Position numbers and translations under genes: made by a program | Assembly (NCBI GenBank): GCA_964443885.1 | Contig: CAYUES010000002.1 | Coordinates: forward strand, 1-48,586 | Length of the DNA stretch: 48,586 nt | Reading direction: 5' to 3' | Origin: an uncultured Pseudomonadales bacterium | GTDB taxonomy: Bacteria > Patescibacteriota > Microgenomatia > UBA1400 > PJMF01 | The notes under the pieces: model-generated | Seen by the model: the letters and a program-made list of their open reading frames with translations, nothing else | Databases searched by the model: none | What the model was told of the DNA's origin: nothing | Part shown: positions 8,691 through 17,984 of the stretch, piece after piece | Layout: each line of letters begins with the position of its first letter | How positions within the stretch are numbered: position 1 is the first letter of the stretch

Positions 8691-8698
8691 ATAGTTGC

Positions 8699-8704
8699 AT
8701 TGTA
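8699..8704 (-). promoter_or_regulatory. -10 box TACAAT, 8 nt upstream of the SPFH ATG (leaderless-type)
   Basis: The minus strand reads AGTACAAT-GCAACTAT-ATG, with no Shine-Dalgarno sequence. Confidence 0.4.
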
Positions 8705-8733
8705 CTACAAACTATATTAATAAAAAGAGAATA

Positions 8734-9852
8734 TCAAAAAAATATTCCCTTAATTTTCTTAATGAGTGCGTCAACTCTAGCTCGATTAGTTGAAGTGTGA
8801 GACAAACTATACGCTCTTACTTTAATTTCCTCAAGAATTTCCTCTAAACTTTTTGTAGATTTGTCATCAAAATTTGAGTAATCAACTGCCCGAGAATACT
8901 CCCAAAGATCAGTAATTTGATTCGAACGAATAATCTTAACACCAGTGTGTTGAAGTTTGTACAATTGCCTTCGAATATCTTCAGATACAGGTGTTATCAT
9001 AGTATTTTTGGGGACAAAATGACCTGATTTAGTAATAAAATCTTTCAATACTATGGCAGTTAATCTACCCACAAATTTAATCACCATTAGAACTTCATTC
9101 GACTCATTAATCACCACCATAAACTTTCCAGAATCTAAGCTTTCTATGATTCGCTGTTCAGCATCTGAACAAAAATAGAAACCCTTTGAATCCAACTCAA
9201 AACTTGCAGCAGTATCTTCAGTAGTAAAACTCATTCTACGAATAACGTCTGAAGATTTTAATGCTGGTAACTTTGTTAAGATAATTGCCGTCTGAATTCC
9301 CAAACCAGGATATTTTAAGAGAAGAGTTGAAAGTAAAGAAAAAAATGCATGTTCATAAATATCGTCTGGCAAATCTTCTTCCGAGTCAGAGAATGATTCT
9401 GCTAGGTGCCGGGTATCATTTGCAAATATATAGTTTAAAACTTCCTTTTTTGAATATTGATCTCCAGGCCCTTCAAAAAAATCAGTAAATTGTGCAAAAA
9501 GTTCAGAAAATTCTTCTTGATGTAACAAAGATAAAAAAGAATACAGTTTCTTTTCCATTGAAATTGTTAATAATGTTAGCACTACAAATGACTCTTGCTG
9601 AGGAATAACACTATCGACACTCATGAGGCAGGCAAGACACCATTCGAGGGAATTACATCTGTCTATATAATCTGAATCGTCTTCATAAGGTGCTTGGTAA
9701 TCCCAGTTTTGAATGAGCCCTTTAATTAATAAATCAATTAAATGCAAATCTCTATTAAGAGAGTCTTGCATTGCTGGTAAGCATGTTTGTAATCTTTGTA
9801 GCTCACCTCTCATTATCAGCACAAAAGGTGATGCTTTCTCTTGATCTGTCAT
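8734..9852 (-). CDS. Hypothetical protein (orphan, AT-rich gene)
   Basis: 372-aa uninterrupted ORF with no recognisable motif, TM helix or signal peptide. It is visibly more AT-rich than its neighbours. Confidence 0.5.
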   Translation of the reverse strand: MTDQEKASPFVLIMRGELQRLQTCLPAMQDSLNRDLHLIDLLIKGLIQNWDYQAPYEDDSDYIDRCNSLEWCLACLMSVDSVIPQQESFVVLTLLTISMEKKLYSFLSLLHQEEFSELFAQFTDFFEGPGDQYSKKEVLNYIFANDTRHLAESFSDSEEDLPDDIYEHAFFSLLSTLLLKYPGLGIQTAIILTKLPALKSSDVIRRMSFTTEDTAASFELDSKGFYFCSDAEQRIIESLDSGKFMVVINESNEVLMVIKFVGRLTAIVLKDFITKSGHFVPKNTMITPVSEDIRRQLYKLQHTGVKIIRSNQITDLWEYSRAVDYSNFDDKSTKSLEEILEEIKVRAYSLSHTSTNRARVDALIKKIKGIFF

Positions 9853-9864
9853 AACTTTGCCAGG

Positions 9865-9873
9865 ATTATACCA
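9865..9873 (-). promoter_or_regulatory. Extended -10 TGGTATAAT for the 8734..9852 gene
   Basis: The minus strand reads CTGGTATAAT, then 12 nt, then the ATG at 9852. It sits back-to-back with the valS -10 box. Confidence 0.4.
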
Positions 9874-9900
9874 GTTTCACGAACCCACTCTACCAGACAG

Positions 9901-9909
9901 TGGTATAAT
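9901..9909 (+). promoter_or_regulatory. Extended -10 TGGTATAAT, 6 nt upstream of the valS ATG (leaderless-type)
   Basis: TGGTATAAT-tttctc-ATG(9916), with no Shine-Dalgarno sequence. Confidence 0.5.
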
Positions 9910-9915
9910 TTTCTC

Positions 9916-12351
9916 ATGGAATCACGCTACGATCACGTACAAGCTGAAAATGAAATGTATGCCATTTGGGAAGAAACCGATGCGTTTAATCCTGATTCAG
10001 CAAGCAATCTAGCGCGCCAGAACGCAACTAAGCAAGGAAACGAAGACGATTCGAAACAACCCAGCAACGCTTTTTCAATCATCATGCCGCCACCAAATGC
10101 TAACGATCCGTTGCACATTGGTCACGCAATGTTTGTATCTTTAGAAGATATCATGACTCGCTTTCATCGGATGAACGGTGATAAAACAGTCTGGATTCCG
10201 GGCACCGATCACGCTGGTATCGAAACTCAATTCGTCTACGAAAAGAAACTCAAGAAGCAAGGCAAGTCTCGCTTTGACTTTGATCGCCAAACATTGTTCA
10301 ACGACATCATGACGTATGTAAAAGAAAACTCTGATGTAGCTGTCAATCAAATCAAAAAACTGGGTGCTTCAGCAGACTGGAGTCGCTTTACCTTTACGCT
10401 CGACCTAGATGTGGTGACGTTTGTGACCGATACGTTCAAAAAACTCGCTGACGATGATCTGGTCTACCGAGACCTCCAACTCGTCAACTTCTGTGTGAAC
10501 TGTGGTACTTCTTTTTCAGATCTTGAAGTCAATCACGTTGACCAGACTTCCCCACTCTACTACGTTCGCTACCGCCTGGCAGATAACCCTAGTGAGTACA
10601 TTACACTCGCCACCACCCGCCCCGAGCCGCTCTGGGCTGACACCCACTTGGCTGTTCATCCTGACAACAAGAAAACCAAACACTTAATCGGCAAAAAGGT
10701 TTTGAATCCTTTGACTGATGCTGCAATGGAAATTATTGCTGATGAGTTTGTCGATCCCGAGTTTGGAACTGGAATTGTAAAACTGACGCCGGCTCATGAC
10801 TTTGATGACTTTGCAGTTGCCAAAAAGCATGACTTACCAATTATTATTGCCGTTGACCGACGTGGCAAAATGATGGCTGGAGCGGGCAAATATGCTGGTC
10901 TGAGTAGTAAGGCTGCCCGTGAAGCAGTCGTTGCTGATCTCCAAGCCAAAACCTCAGCAGAATATCCTGATGGATTGATTGAAAAGATTGATACAAACTA
11001 TCAAAATCGAATCGGCACTTGCTACCGCTGCGGCCGCGTGCTGGAGCCACTCCCTCTGCCTCAATTCTTTATCAAAGTAAATGAAAACAAGAAAAGTTTG
11101 ACTAAAGTTGCGCTCAAAGCACTCGATGATGGCAAAACGATCGTCCATGGTGCTGGACGTGAGAAGATCTTGCGCCACTGGCTAGAAAACCTCAAAGACT
11201 GGAACATTAGTCGCCAAATCGTCTGGGGAATTCGTATTCCCGTCTGGTATGAGGTAACTGGTCATGAAGATAAAATTACTGTTTCATTTTTGAATCCAGT
11301 TCAAGTGCTGGAACAAGGAACCCTGGCTGATCTCCTCGAGAAGTACTCGATTGAAGAAATCGAGACTGGCCTCCAACAGCTCTTTGCAGATCACTCAGTC
11401 CCCTACTCTATTTCGATTGAAAAGCCGACTGGAAACAAAGTAGATTCCGTCCAAGCTAACACTGACTCCACTCACAACAGTAAAAACGAAAAAAAGACGA
11501 ATCTAGCAGCCAAAAATGAAATGTTATATCTACCTGAAACGGACACCTTCGACACGTGGTTTTCTTCTGCTCAGTGGCCAGTTGTGACACTTAAGACGAA
11601 TAAATCAAGCGATTTTAAGGACTTCTATCCTACGACTGTTATGGAAACTGGCTACGACATTCTGCCATTCTGGGTGATGCGGATGATGTTGATGGGAATT
11701 TACATAACTGGCGAGACCCCGTTCAAAGAAGTCTATCTGCATGGCCTCGTCCGCGACGCCAAAGGTCAAAAAATGAGTAAGAGCAAAGGTAACGTGATTA
11801 ACCCGCTTGAAGTCGTCGAAAAGTTTGGTGCTGACGCACTTCGTATGGCACTCGTGATCCGCTCTACTCCGGGATTAGACAAATCAGTCAGTGAGCAGGA
11901 CTTTAAAGCGATGCGCAATTTCTCAAATAAAATCTGGAACGCTGCCCGCTTTATTTCTCTCCAGGATGAAAACCCCGATCATGAAGTTTCAGCCGAAATG
12001 GCAGAGACTAGTGAGCTCGGCACCGCGCCAGAAGACGTAGTTTTCCTCGAAAAACTAGCTACCATCGCCGCTGAAGTCACCAAACACTTGACTGAGCGCA
12101 AAATTGGCCTCGCTGCCGACGTTCTCTACAACGAGTTCTGGCACTGGTTCTGTGATGAGTGTATTGAGAAGCAAAAACAAGGCAAGATCTCGATGAAAGT
12201 CTTGCAAGAAGGCCTCCATACGTTCTTACACCTTCTCCATCCGTTTATGCCGTTTGTAACTGAAAAAATCTGGCAAGAACTGCGCACGACCGACGACTCT
12301 TTGCCTGAACAACTGATTACTGCCCCTTGGCCACACAACGCAACGAACTGA
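9916..12351 (+). CDS. valS: Valine--tRNA ligase
   Basis: The class I HIGH motif is PPPNANDPLHIGHA and the KMSKS motif is KMSKSKGN. The editing and anticodon-binding regions are ValRS-like (TTRPEPLWADT, WNISRQIVWG). The start is moved from the track's 9841 to ATG 9916 (MESRYDHVQAENEMY...) because of the adjacent -10 box. Confidence 0.93.
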   Translation: MESRYDHVQAENEMYAIWEETDAFNPDSASNLARQNATKQGNEDDSKQPSNAFSIIMPPPNANDPLHIGHAMFVSLEDIMTRFHRMNGDKTVWIPGTDHAGIETQFVYEKKLKKQGKSRFDFDRQTLFNDIMTYVKENSDVAVNQIKKLGASADWSRFTFTLDLDVVTFVTDTFKKLADDDLVYRDLQLVNFCVNCGTSFSDLEVNHVDQTSPLYYVRYRLADNPSEYITLATTRPEPLWADTHLAVHPDNKKTKHLIGKKVLNPLTDAAMEIIADEFVDPEFGTGIVKLTPAHDFDDFAVAKKHDLPIIIAVDRRGKMMAGAGKYAGLSSKAAREAVVADLQAKTSAEYPDGLIEKIDTNYQNRIGTCYRCGRVLEPLPLPQFFIKVNENKKSLTKVALKALDDGKTIVHGAGREKILRHWLENLKDWNISRQIVWGIRIPVWYEVTGHEDKITVSFLNPVQVLEQGTLADLLEKYSIEEIETGLQQLFADHSVPYSISIEKPTGNKVDSVQANTDSTHNSKNEKKTNLAAKNEMLYLPETDTFDTWFSSAQWPVVTLKTNKSSDFKDFYPTTVMETGYDILPFWVMRMMLMGIYITGETPFKEVYLHGLVRDAKGQKMSKSKGNVINPLEVVEKFGADALRMALVIRSTPGLDKSVSEQDFKAMRNFSNKIWNAARFISLQDENPDHEVSAEMAETSELGTAPEDVVFLEKLATIAAEVTKHLTERKIGLAADVLYNEFWHWFCDECIEKQKQGKISMKVLQEGLHTFLHLLHPFMPFVTEKIWQELRTTDDSLPEQLITAPWPHNATN

Positions 12352-12408
12352 GTAGAGGCTGAAGCAAAACAATCAACGAAGCCCCTACCATTCTGGTTTT
12401 ACACCACC

Positions 12409-12414
12409 TATAAT
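12409..12414 (+). promoter_or_regulatory. -10 box TATAAT, 8 nt upstream of the ATG at 12423
   Basis: TATAAT-ctattgct-ATG. Confidence 0.4.
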
Positions 12415-12422
12415 CTATTGCT

Positions 12423-12860
12423 ATGTCTCTTGTTGTGATTCGCGTTCGTTTACTTTATTATCTAGGAATTTTTGCCCTGGATGTACTGGGCGTGTACCTC
12501 AACCACATCAAGCCGTTTCTCTGGAGCTTGGCAGTTGTTGCCCTTTTATTTGTCGGGATGGCACATAGTTTTGTCTCAACTGTCGCCCAAGTCAAACTCG
12601 AACAGATCAGCAGCGTCAGTCTGTCCGGCAAAATCCCCCACTCTGCGGAGTTATTTACACGATCTCAACTAGAGGAAAAACTCAGCAAGTATCAAGAGCT
12701 ACTCACCCAACAACCCAATCATCGCGACGTGTTAGTCAATATTTCACTGCTCCAAAAAGCGCTCTACAACCAAAAAGAGGCATATATTTACTGGGAATCT
12801 GCCCGCAAGCTCGATCCCAACAACCAGACTTTTTCAACCAATACCCAACAACCTGAATAA
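12423..12860 (+). CDS. Small membrane protein with a TPR-like C-terminus
   Basis: 145 aa with two N-terminal hydrophobic helices. The C-terminal stretch HRDVLVNISLLQKALYNQKEAYIYWESARKLDPNN looks like a TPR repeat. Confidence 0.5.
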   Translation: MSLVVIRVRLLYYLGIFALDVLGVYLNHIKPFLWSLAVVALLFVGMAHSFVSTVAQVKLEQISSVSLSGKIPHSAELFTRSQLEEKLSKYQELLTQQPNHRDVLVNISLLQKALYNQKEAYIYWESARKLDPNNQTFSTNTQQPE

Positions 12861-12867
12861 AAGCACG

Positions 12868-13044
12868 CTACTCTTCAGTATAAAACTCCACCCGTTTGCA
12901 GTTAGGACATCTCCAGGCAAGCATTCGATTTCCCATCTTAATCAAAGGCTTTGTCCACCAGTTATTAGGCCAATTTTCTATCCAAAATCCTGCAGCAGTA
13001 ACTATCCCCTTCCCCATTTCAACTTCGCATTTAGAACATTTCAT
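12868..13044 (-). CDS. Small zinc-ribbon protein (58 aa), not in the ORF track
   Basis: Hand translation: MKCSKCEVEMGKGIVTAAGFWIENWPNNWWTKPLIKMGNRMLAWRCPNCKRVEFYTEE*. It has CxxC ... CxxC pairs. A strong AAGGAG Shine-Dalgarno sequence lies 5 nt upstream of the ATG. Confidence 0.55.
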   Translation of the reverse strand: MKCSKCEVEMGKGIVTAAGFWIENWPNNWWTKPLIKMGNRMLAWRCPNCKRVEFYTEE

Positions 13045-13092
13045 ATAACTCCTTATATCCAGTGAATTGTAAAGTAAAACTCCCTGAATATC

Positions 13093-13121
13093 AAAAAAGC
13101 CCCCTGTTTCCAGAGGGCTTT
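13093..13121 (-). terminator. Rho-independent terminator downstream of rplY/ctc
   Basis: The minus strand reads aagccctctg-gaaa-cagggggctt, then TTTTTT. The stem is 9 bp with one mismatch. Confidence 0.6.
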
Positions 13122-13164
13122 CAAATTCGTATATTAGAAGAATACTTACTACACTTTAAAGTGA

Positions 13165-13842
13165 CTACTCTTTCTTCTCTTCAGCAGCAGCTTCACCTTC
13201 AGCAGCTGGTGTAGCATCGGTAGCGGCGCCTTCAGCACCTTCTACTGCCTCGACTGGAGCTTCTTCGACTTCTTCTTTGACTTCTTGAACCAGCACGATT
13301 GGTGCTTCCATCTCTTCTTCACTCAAGAGAACCGTAATTTTATCGCGATCAAACTTGAGGTCAGCAATACCGAGTGTCTGCCCTACTTCAGTCAAACCAG
13401 AGATATCGATCTCGAAAACATCAGGTAAGTCAGCTGGCAATGCTTCGATTTCAAGCATATTGCGAGTAAGAATTGCGTTTGCATCGGCCACTTCAAACTC
13501 ACCGACTGTCTCGATTGCGATTTCGGCAGTAACCTTCACCTTGAGGTTAACACGTTTAAAAGAAACGTGAAGTGCTTGACCACGAACACTGTCGTACTGC
13601 ACTTCATCGATCAAAGCTGGAATCTGCTTGTCCTCACCTACTTGGAGATAAATGAGTGTCGTATCACCATGTTCAGCAACTAATTTATTGAACACAGCTA
13701 AGTTTAACTCGACTTGTTCAGACTCTTCACCTTGACCATAGACATTGCCGGGAACTATACCAGATTGACGTAGTTGTTTAGTTTTTTTACCAGAAAGTAC
13801 TCTTGGACTCACGTGCAGAATAGTGTTTTGTGACTTTGTCAT
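13165..13842 (-). CDS. rplY: 50S ribosomal protein L25 / general stress protein Ctc
   Basis: 225 aa. It reads LRQSGIVPGNVYG...IPALIDEVQYD.V....HVSF and has an acidic Ala/Glu-rich C-terminal tail typical of the long Ctc form. Confidence 0.88.
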   Translation of the reverse strand: MTKSQNTILHVSPRVLSGKKTKQLRQSGIVPGNVYGQGEESEQVELNLAVFNKLVAEHGDTTLIYLQVGEDKQIPALIDEVQYDSVRGQALHVSFKRVNLKVKVTAEIAIETVGEFEVADANAILTRNMLEIEALPADLPDVFEIDISGLTEVGQTLGIADLKFDRDKITVLLSEEEMEAPIVLVQEVKEEVEEAPVEAVEGAEGAATDATPAAEGEAAAEEKKE

Positions 13843-13938
13843 AGGCTGTTATACATAAAAAATATGTATTTTTTATGTAATATTTCTTCAATTTAGTATG
13901 AATTACTGATACAAGGGATATAGTATACCAATATTTTT

Positions 13939-16900
13939 TTATTTTGCTTGAGTAAATTTCACCCCAAACAGGCCGGTTTCATCATTATTTCTAGTGAAAA
14001 CAACGCCGTCAGCGTCGACTGTTGCTTGAGGAGCGATCAGTTGTGGTTGCAAATTATCAGCCGGTAATATTCTCAAAAGGTATGGTGTATCACCATTTCC
14101 AGGTTGTTCATTATTAAAGAAGATGTACGAGAAGGCATCACCAGTAGGGGAGTGGGGCACAGAGTACTTCAAAGCGACTTGTTTACTAGACTTTATCGGA
14201 ACTTCGATCTGAGCACTTACTACCGACTTGCCATTTTCTTGAGCGACCGAGACTTGAGAAGCTGGTAGTTTTATACCGCCAACCTCGATACCAGAAATGA
14301 CGGCGGTTGTTGGAACGTAAAAACGTATGTAATTTTTATAGGCACCTTTTGGCCAGGCATCGAGTTGAGCAATGTTTTCATAAGAAATTATATGTGTATG
14401 GTCTGCTTGAGTAGGGGAGACTACCACAGTGTGATCAACACTACGTTTTAAGTAGTAATTAGCTTTATTGACGCCGACATTGGCTTCAACTTGCATAAAG
14501 TGGTCAACAAAACACTGATCACCCGAGAACTCAGGTGGGCAGCGAGGAACTTGTAAACTACCAGACCAACCCAAGTTCTGTAGCAGTTGTTGTTCATCAC
14601 TATTGGCAAATGAAACTAACATTGCTTTTGACTGTGTATTTGCTTGAAAAGCAGAGAGCAGAGGAGCGACTTTATCACCTGGCAAAGCAATGATTTTCTC
14701 GAGTAATTTTGAAAACAACACTTTACGGTAATCGTGATTTTTCTCGGTTTCAACCAAGACAACTTCCGAGTGAAACTCCAGACGTTCAAGTAGGTTTTTG
14801 TGAGTAATGACTTCATTATAATCTGGAAGTTCTAGCGGGCCAGTTGCTTCCAAAATGCGCTGTAAGCCATATAAATCAACAGTCACCACGCCGTCGATGG
14901 TGGTATTCAGCCCTTTTTCCAAGAACCACTTGATCGTAGCTGAACTGGTTGGAAAGTCAGGACTCCAGTTGGCGTTATAAAATGCAAAGGATTTTTCCCC
15001 AGTAGCTAGAGCAATATCTGCTGGAGCAGCCACTTCACCAGGGATTTTTTTATCCAGCTCATAACTGGTGTAGAGACTGTGATCTACCAAGTAGCCATTT
15101 TCAAACGTCAGAATCGCCACTGCATCCATAAAACCACCGGTTGGGCGGAGTTCTTGATTATTCTGCAGAATGAAGGCATACGTACGTTTTCCTTCTAATC
15201 CAAAGAGAGAAGGGAGGAGTGGGGCGAGTTGTTGCGTAATCGCAGCGCGTTTTTGGAGTGTTTCCAGATTAGATCTGTATGACTTTAGGATTTTTTCACT
15301 AGCGTCACCTTCTTCAAAAGATATTTTGTCCAATGATTCTTCAACTGCTACAGCTGCTTCATAGGTTGTGAGCGTTTCAGCGTTCATGTTTTGGGCTAGT
15401 TCACTGAGATTACCAGTACTTGATCCTACAATCACGGCGAAGAGGTTTTTCAGCGTTTGAGAATCTTGTGAGGAATGGAGGACGTCGACATGACTACTAA
15501 CTTCCACTAGGCGAGCCGCTTCATCTACTTGAGGGAGTTCAAAAACAGCTTGATATCCAGCTACTTGGGTCGAAACTATTTGTGTCAAGAATGCTACTCT
15601 GCTTAATTGGCTTGCTGATACTTCACTTGGTGTAGAAGCCAAAACCGTCATTACTTGGCTTTTTAAGAGTGAGGTAGTTGTCATGAAGATCACCGTTAAA
15701 AGCAGAACTAAGCCCCCCATGCTGATGAAGGTCAGCCCGCCGTAGAAGAGAGTTGTCTTCTTTTTAGACTTTTTAGTCAATGTTTTGCGCGTTTTTGCCA
15801 AGGAGGTGACGCGCTCGTTCTTACTTTCCACCCTAGAGTGCGTAAAAATGCGTTGAATTTCCGATGAGACATTAAACTCTTCTGGAGCAGCTTCTTTAAT
15901 TAGTTCTTCCCAGGCAGCGGTGGTGTTTTTTATAGAATCATCTTCAGGTAATTGTGTGGAAGTTTCTTGGATCGTAACTTCAGTAATCGTCGTTTCAGTG
16001 AGCTGTCGTTTCTGGGCAGGAACTTCAGGTGGTGATTGCCAAAAATCGGGTTGTATTGGTTTTTGAAGCTCGAGTTCGGTAGGAGTTTCTTCAAGAATCG
16101 AGTAACTTACCGAAGGTGTTTCCCAGTACTCAGTACTTGGTTCATTTTCCGCAGTAGTTTCGATGTAAAACGAAACATTTTCAGGATTGAAAAATGGCTC
16201 CATTTCTGGTGAAGGCAGCTGTCTGGAGTACCAAAGGGCTGTGCTTTCTTCGTCTTCTAAAACATCGACGTCCGCCACTGAGAATGGGATCGTTGGCAAC
16301 TCGGCAGCTTCAACTCGCTGTAGTCCTACTTGAGAAAAATAGTAGTTTTCATACTGGCGAATTACTTTCTCTAAAATTGAGTTAGAAAACCGAGTTCGCC
16401 CCTTTATCGAAACACTAGATCGATGCGGGTGCAATATTTGAGCTACCGCTTTTTGGCAGAAAGCGGGCAAAGTATGTGAGGTGATTAGGATGTTCGGGGC
16501 AAAAATAAACCCGCGCTGAATCGATTGGCAACACAAATCAAAAATACTAACTTTCCCGGGTGGCAAGAGCACATCTTGACCAAAAATAAACGAGGACTGC
16601 GGTAAAACTTCGTTACAAAGAGCAATCAGATTTTGTTGAGATCGTTGATACTGCGACAAGTACGGAACTTCACCTTCAACTTGTTCTTCACAGCCACTTA
16701 TTACGGGTATAACAATATATAATTTAGATTGATAATTCTGCAAATTTTCAAGTAGGGAGGTAATTTGTTCGGTGTAATGAGCTGGTGAAAGACATATAAC
16801 AATTTTGTACGCAGTTTCTAAGTAGGCTTGCGATTCGGGCAAAGGAAGATCAAATGGCGTGGCCGTCACAACCTCCAGGCCTTTTTCGGCACAGCTTTGC

Positions 16901-17013
16901 GCAACATATTGCGTAAAAGATCCAACAGTATCCACTAAAACTACGGTGGGTATTTCTTCAAAAAATTCGGTGGTGAGCTGATTCGAAAGCATACAATCCT
17001 TAAGCCCTACCAT
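13939..17013 (-). CDS. DUF4012 domain-containing large membrane protein
   Basis: 1024 aa with a central TM helix (LFYGGLTFISMGGLVLLLTVIFM). The DUF4012 signature is KRTYAFILQNNQELRPTGGFMDAVAILTFENGYL. An alternative start is ATG 16992, which has an AAGGA Shine-Dalgarno sequence. Confidence 0.75.
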   Translation of the reverse strand: MVGLKDCMLSNQLTTEFFEEIPTVVLVDTVGSFTQYVAQSCAEKGLEVVTATPFDLPLPESQAYLETAYKIVICLSPAHYTEQITSLLENLQNYQSKLYIVIPVISGCEEQVEGEVPYLSQYQRSQQNLIALCNEVLPQSSFIFGQDVLLPPGKVSIFDLCCQSIQRGFIFAPNILITSHTLPAFCQKAVAQILHPHRSSVSIKGRTRFSNSILEKVIRQYENYYFSQVGLQRVEAAELPTIPFSVADVDVLEDEESTALWYSRQLPSPEMEPFFNPENVSFYIETTAENEPSTEYWETPSVSYSILEETPTELELQKPIQPDFWQSPPEVPAQKRQLTETTITEVTIQETSTQLPEDDSIKNTTAAWEELIKEAAPEEFNVSSEIQRIFTHSRVESKNERVTSLAKTRKTLTKKSKKKTTLFYGGLTFISMGGLVLLLTVIFMTTTSLLKSQVMTVLASTPSEVSASQLSRVAFLTQIVSTQVAGYQAVFELPQVDEAARLVEVSSHVDVLHSSQDSQTLKNLFAVIVGSSTGNLSELAQNMNAETLTTYEAAVAVEESLDKISFEEGDASEKILKSYRSNLETLQKRAAITQQLAPLLPSLFGLEGKRTYAFILQNNQELRPTGGFMDAVAILTFENGYLVDHSLYTSYELDKKIPGEVAAPADIALATGEKSFAFYNANWSPDFPTSSATIKWFLEKGLNTTIDGVVTVDLYGLQRILEATGPLELPDYNEVITHKNLLERLEFHSEVVLVETEKNHDYRKVLFSKLLEKIIALPGDKVAPLLSAFQANTQSKAMLVSFANSDEQQLLQNLGWSGSLQVPRCPPEFSGDQCFVDHFMQVEANVGVNKANYYLKRSVDHTVVVSPTQADHTHIISYENIAQLDAWPKGAYKNYIRFYVPTTAVISGIEVGGIKLPASQVSVAQENGKSVVSAQIEVPIKSSKQVALKYSVPHSPTGDAFSYIFFNNEQPGNGDTPYLLRILPADNLQPQLIAPQATVDADGVVFTRNNDETGLFGVKFTQAK

Positions 17014-17092
17014 TGTATGGAAGTTTTAAAAGAACGTACAGAAGGGGAGTTACGTGGTTTACTCTACGAACGTACTAATGGACTCTAAAAAC

Positions 17093-17506
17093 TTAGAGTG
17101 CGGCATCCAGCGCTTGATTGACCAACGCATCGGCAGCAGCGTTTTGCTCTCGTGGGATATGAATAACTTGATAAGGACAGGGCAGAGTAGCCAAGCTCAT
17201 CCAGGCTTTTTTAGCAAACTCCAACATCCGTGGCTCTTTGACTTTCCAGTTTTTATTGAGTTGTTCAACAACGAGCTTGGAGTCCAGCTTCCAGGTGATT
17301 TTTTCGATATCGAGGGTGGCTTGTGCAGCAGAAAGCCATTCAAGTGAAAGCAAAATTGCTTGGTACTCGGCTTCATTATTCGTCGCAATACCAATTGTCT
17401 TACCAACTTCATGAATAGTTTCTTGACCACTTAGCACCACCACGCCGACCGCTGCTTGACCAGGATTGCCACGAGAACCACCATCAGTGAAAATTTCGAT
17501 ATGCAT
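17093..17506 (-). CDS. rnhA: Ribonuclease HI
   Basis: IFTDGGSRGNPGQAAVGVV...ATNNEAEYQAILLSLEWL...IPREQNAAADALVN carries the DEDD-type RNase H motifs. Confidence 0.85.
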   Translation of the reverse strand: MHIEIFTDGGSRGNPGQAAVGVVVLSGQETIHEVGKTIGIATNNEAEYQAILLSLEWLSAAQATLDIEKITWKLDSKLVVEQLNKNWKVKEPRMLEFAKKAWMSLATLPCPYQVIHIPREQNAAADALVNQALDAAL

Positions 17507-17507
17507 A

Positions 17508-17972
17508 CTATTCTGCTTTTAAGCGAATACTTAAGCGGCGATCTTTACCATCACCCTCAGAGATACTTTCGAGTCTGTCAGCATCTGGAAGTTCACCCAA
17601 AGTTGAGTGAATGATAAATCGCTCGTGGGCTGGCAAGTATGACTGGAAGTAGTACGACTGACCACTTTCCAGGACACGCATTGCCGCATTTTGAGTCAGT
17701 TCTTTAAGTTTTTCTTCGCGCTCTTGACGATAGTTGTTGATGTTTAAGAGCACTTTCTTTTCGGGATACTCGGCAGCAAAAATAATTCTAACAATCCGTT
17801 GGATTGACTCTAGCGTTTCGCCATGAAAACCTATAAAACGACCAGAGTCTTCTTCTGGTAAATTCAGTGTTACCAAGATACTCTCTTCGGTGTCTTCAAT
17901 CTGGACGTCCAGGATTTCTGGATCGACGCCACAGTGTTCACAGAGTTGTTTTACAAAAATATCAATTGTCAT
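17508..17972 (-). CDS. jag: Jag/KhpB-type RNA-binding protein (KH + R3H)
   Basis: 154 aa. GRFIGFHGETLESIQ is KH-like and PAHERFIIHSTL is R3H-like. The position after yidC is conserved. Confidence 0.75.
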   Translation of the reverse strand: MTIDIFVKQLCEHCGVDPEILDVQIEDTEESILVTLNLPEEDSGRFIGFHGETLESIQRIVRIIFAAEYPEKKVLLNINNYRQEREEKLKELTQNAAMRVLESGQSYYFQSYLPAHERFIIHSTLGELPDADRLESISEGDGKDRRLSIRLKAE

Positions 17973-17984
17973 ATAGACCTTTCT

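Noticed and set aside
9841-9915. Upstream extension of valS (track start 9841). Similar N-terminal extensions occur on the pilin genes (47838..47981, 48409..48567), the VirB6-like gene (42536..42595) and dnaA (22703..22720).
   Set aside because: The extensions start at non-ATG codons or run through promoter-like sequence. The downstream ATGs give proper signal peptides or conserved N-termini and are preceded by -10 boxes at leaderless spacing.
17054-17347. 97-aa plus-strand ORF overlapping rnhA
   Set aside because: It is fully antisense to a gene with clear RNase HI motifs and has no supporting signals.
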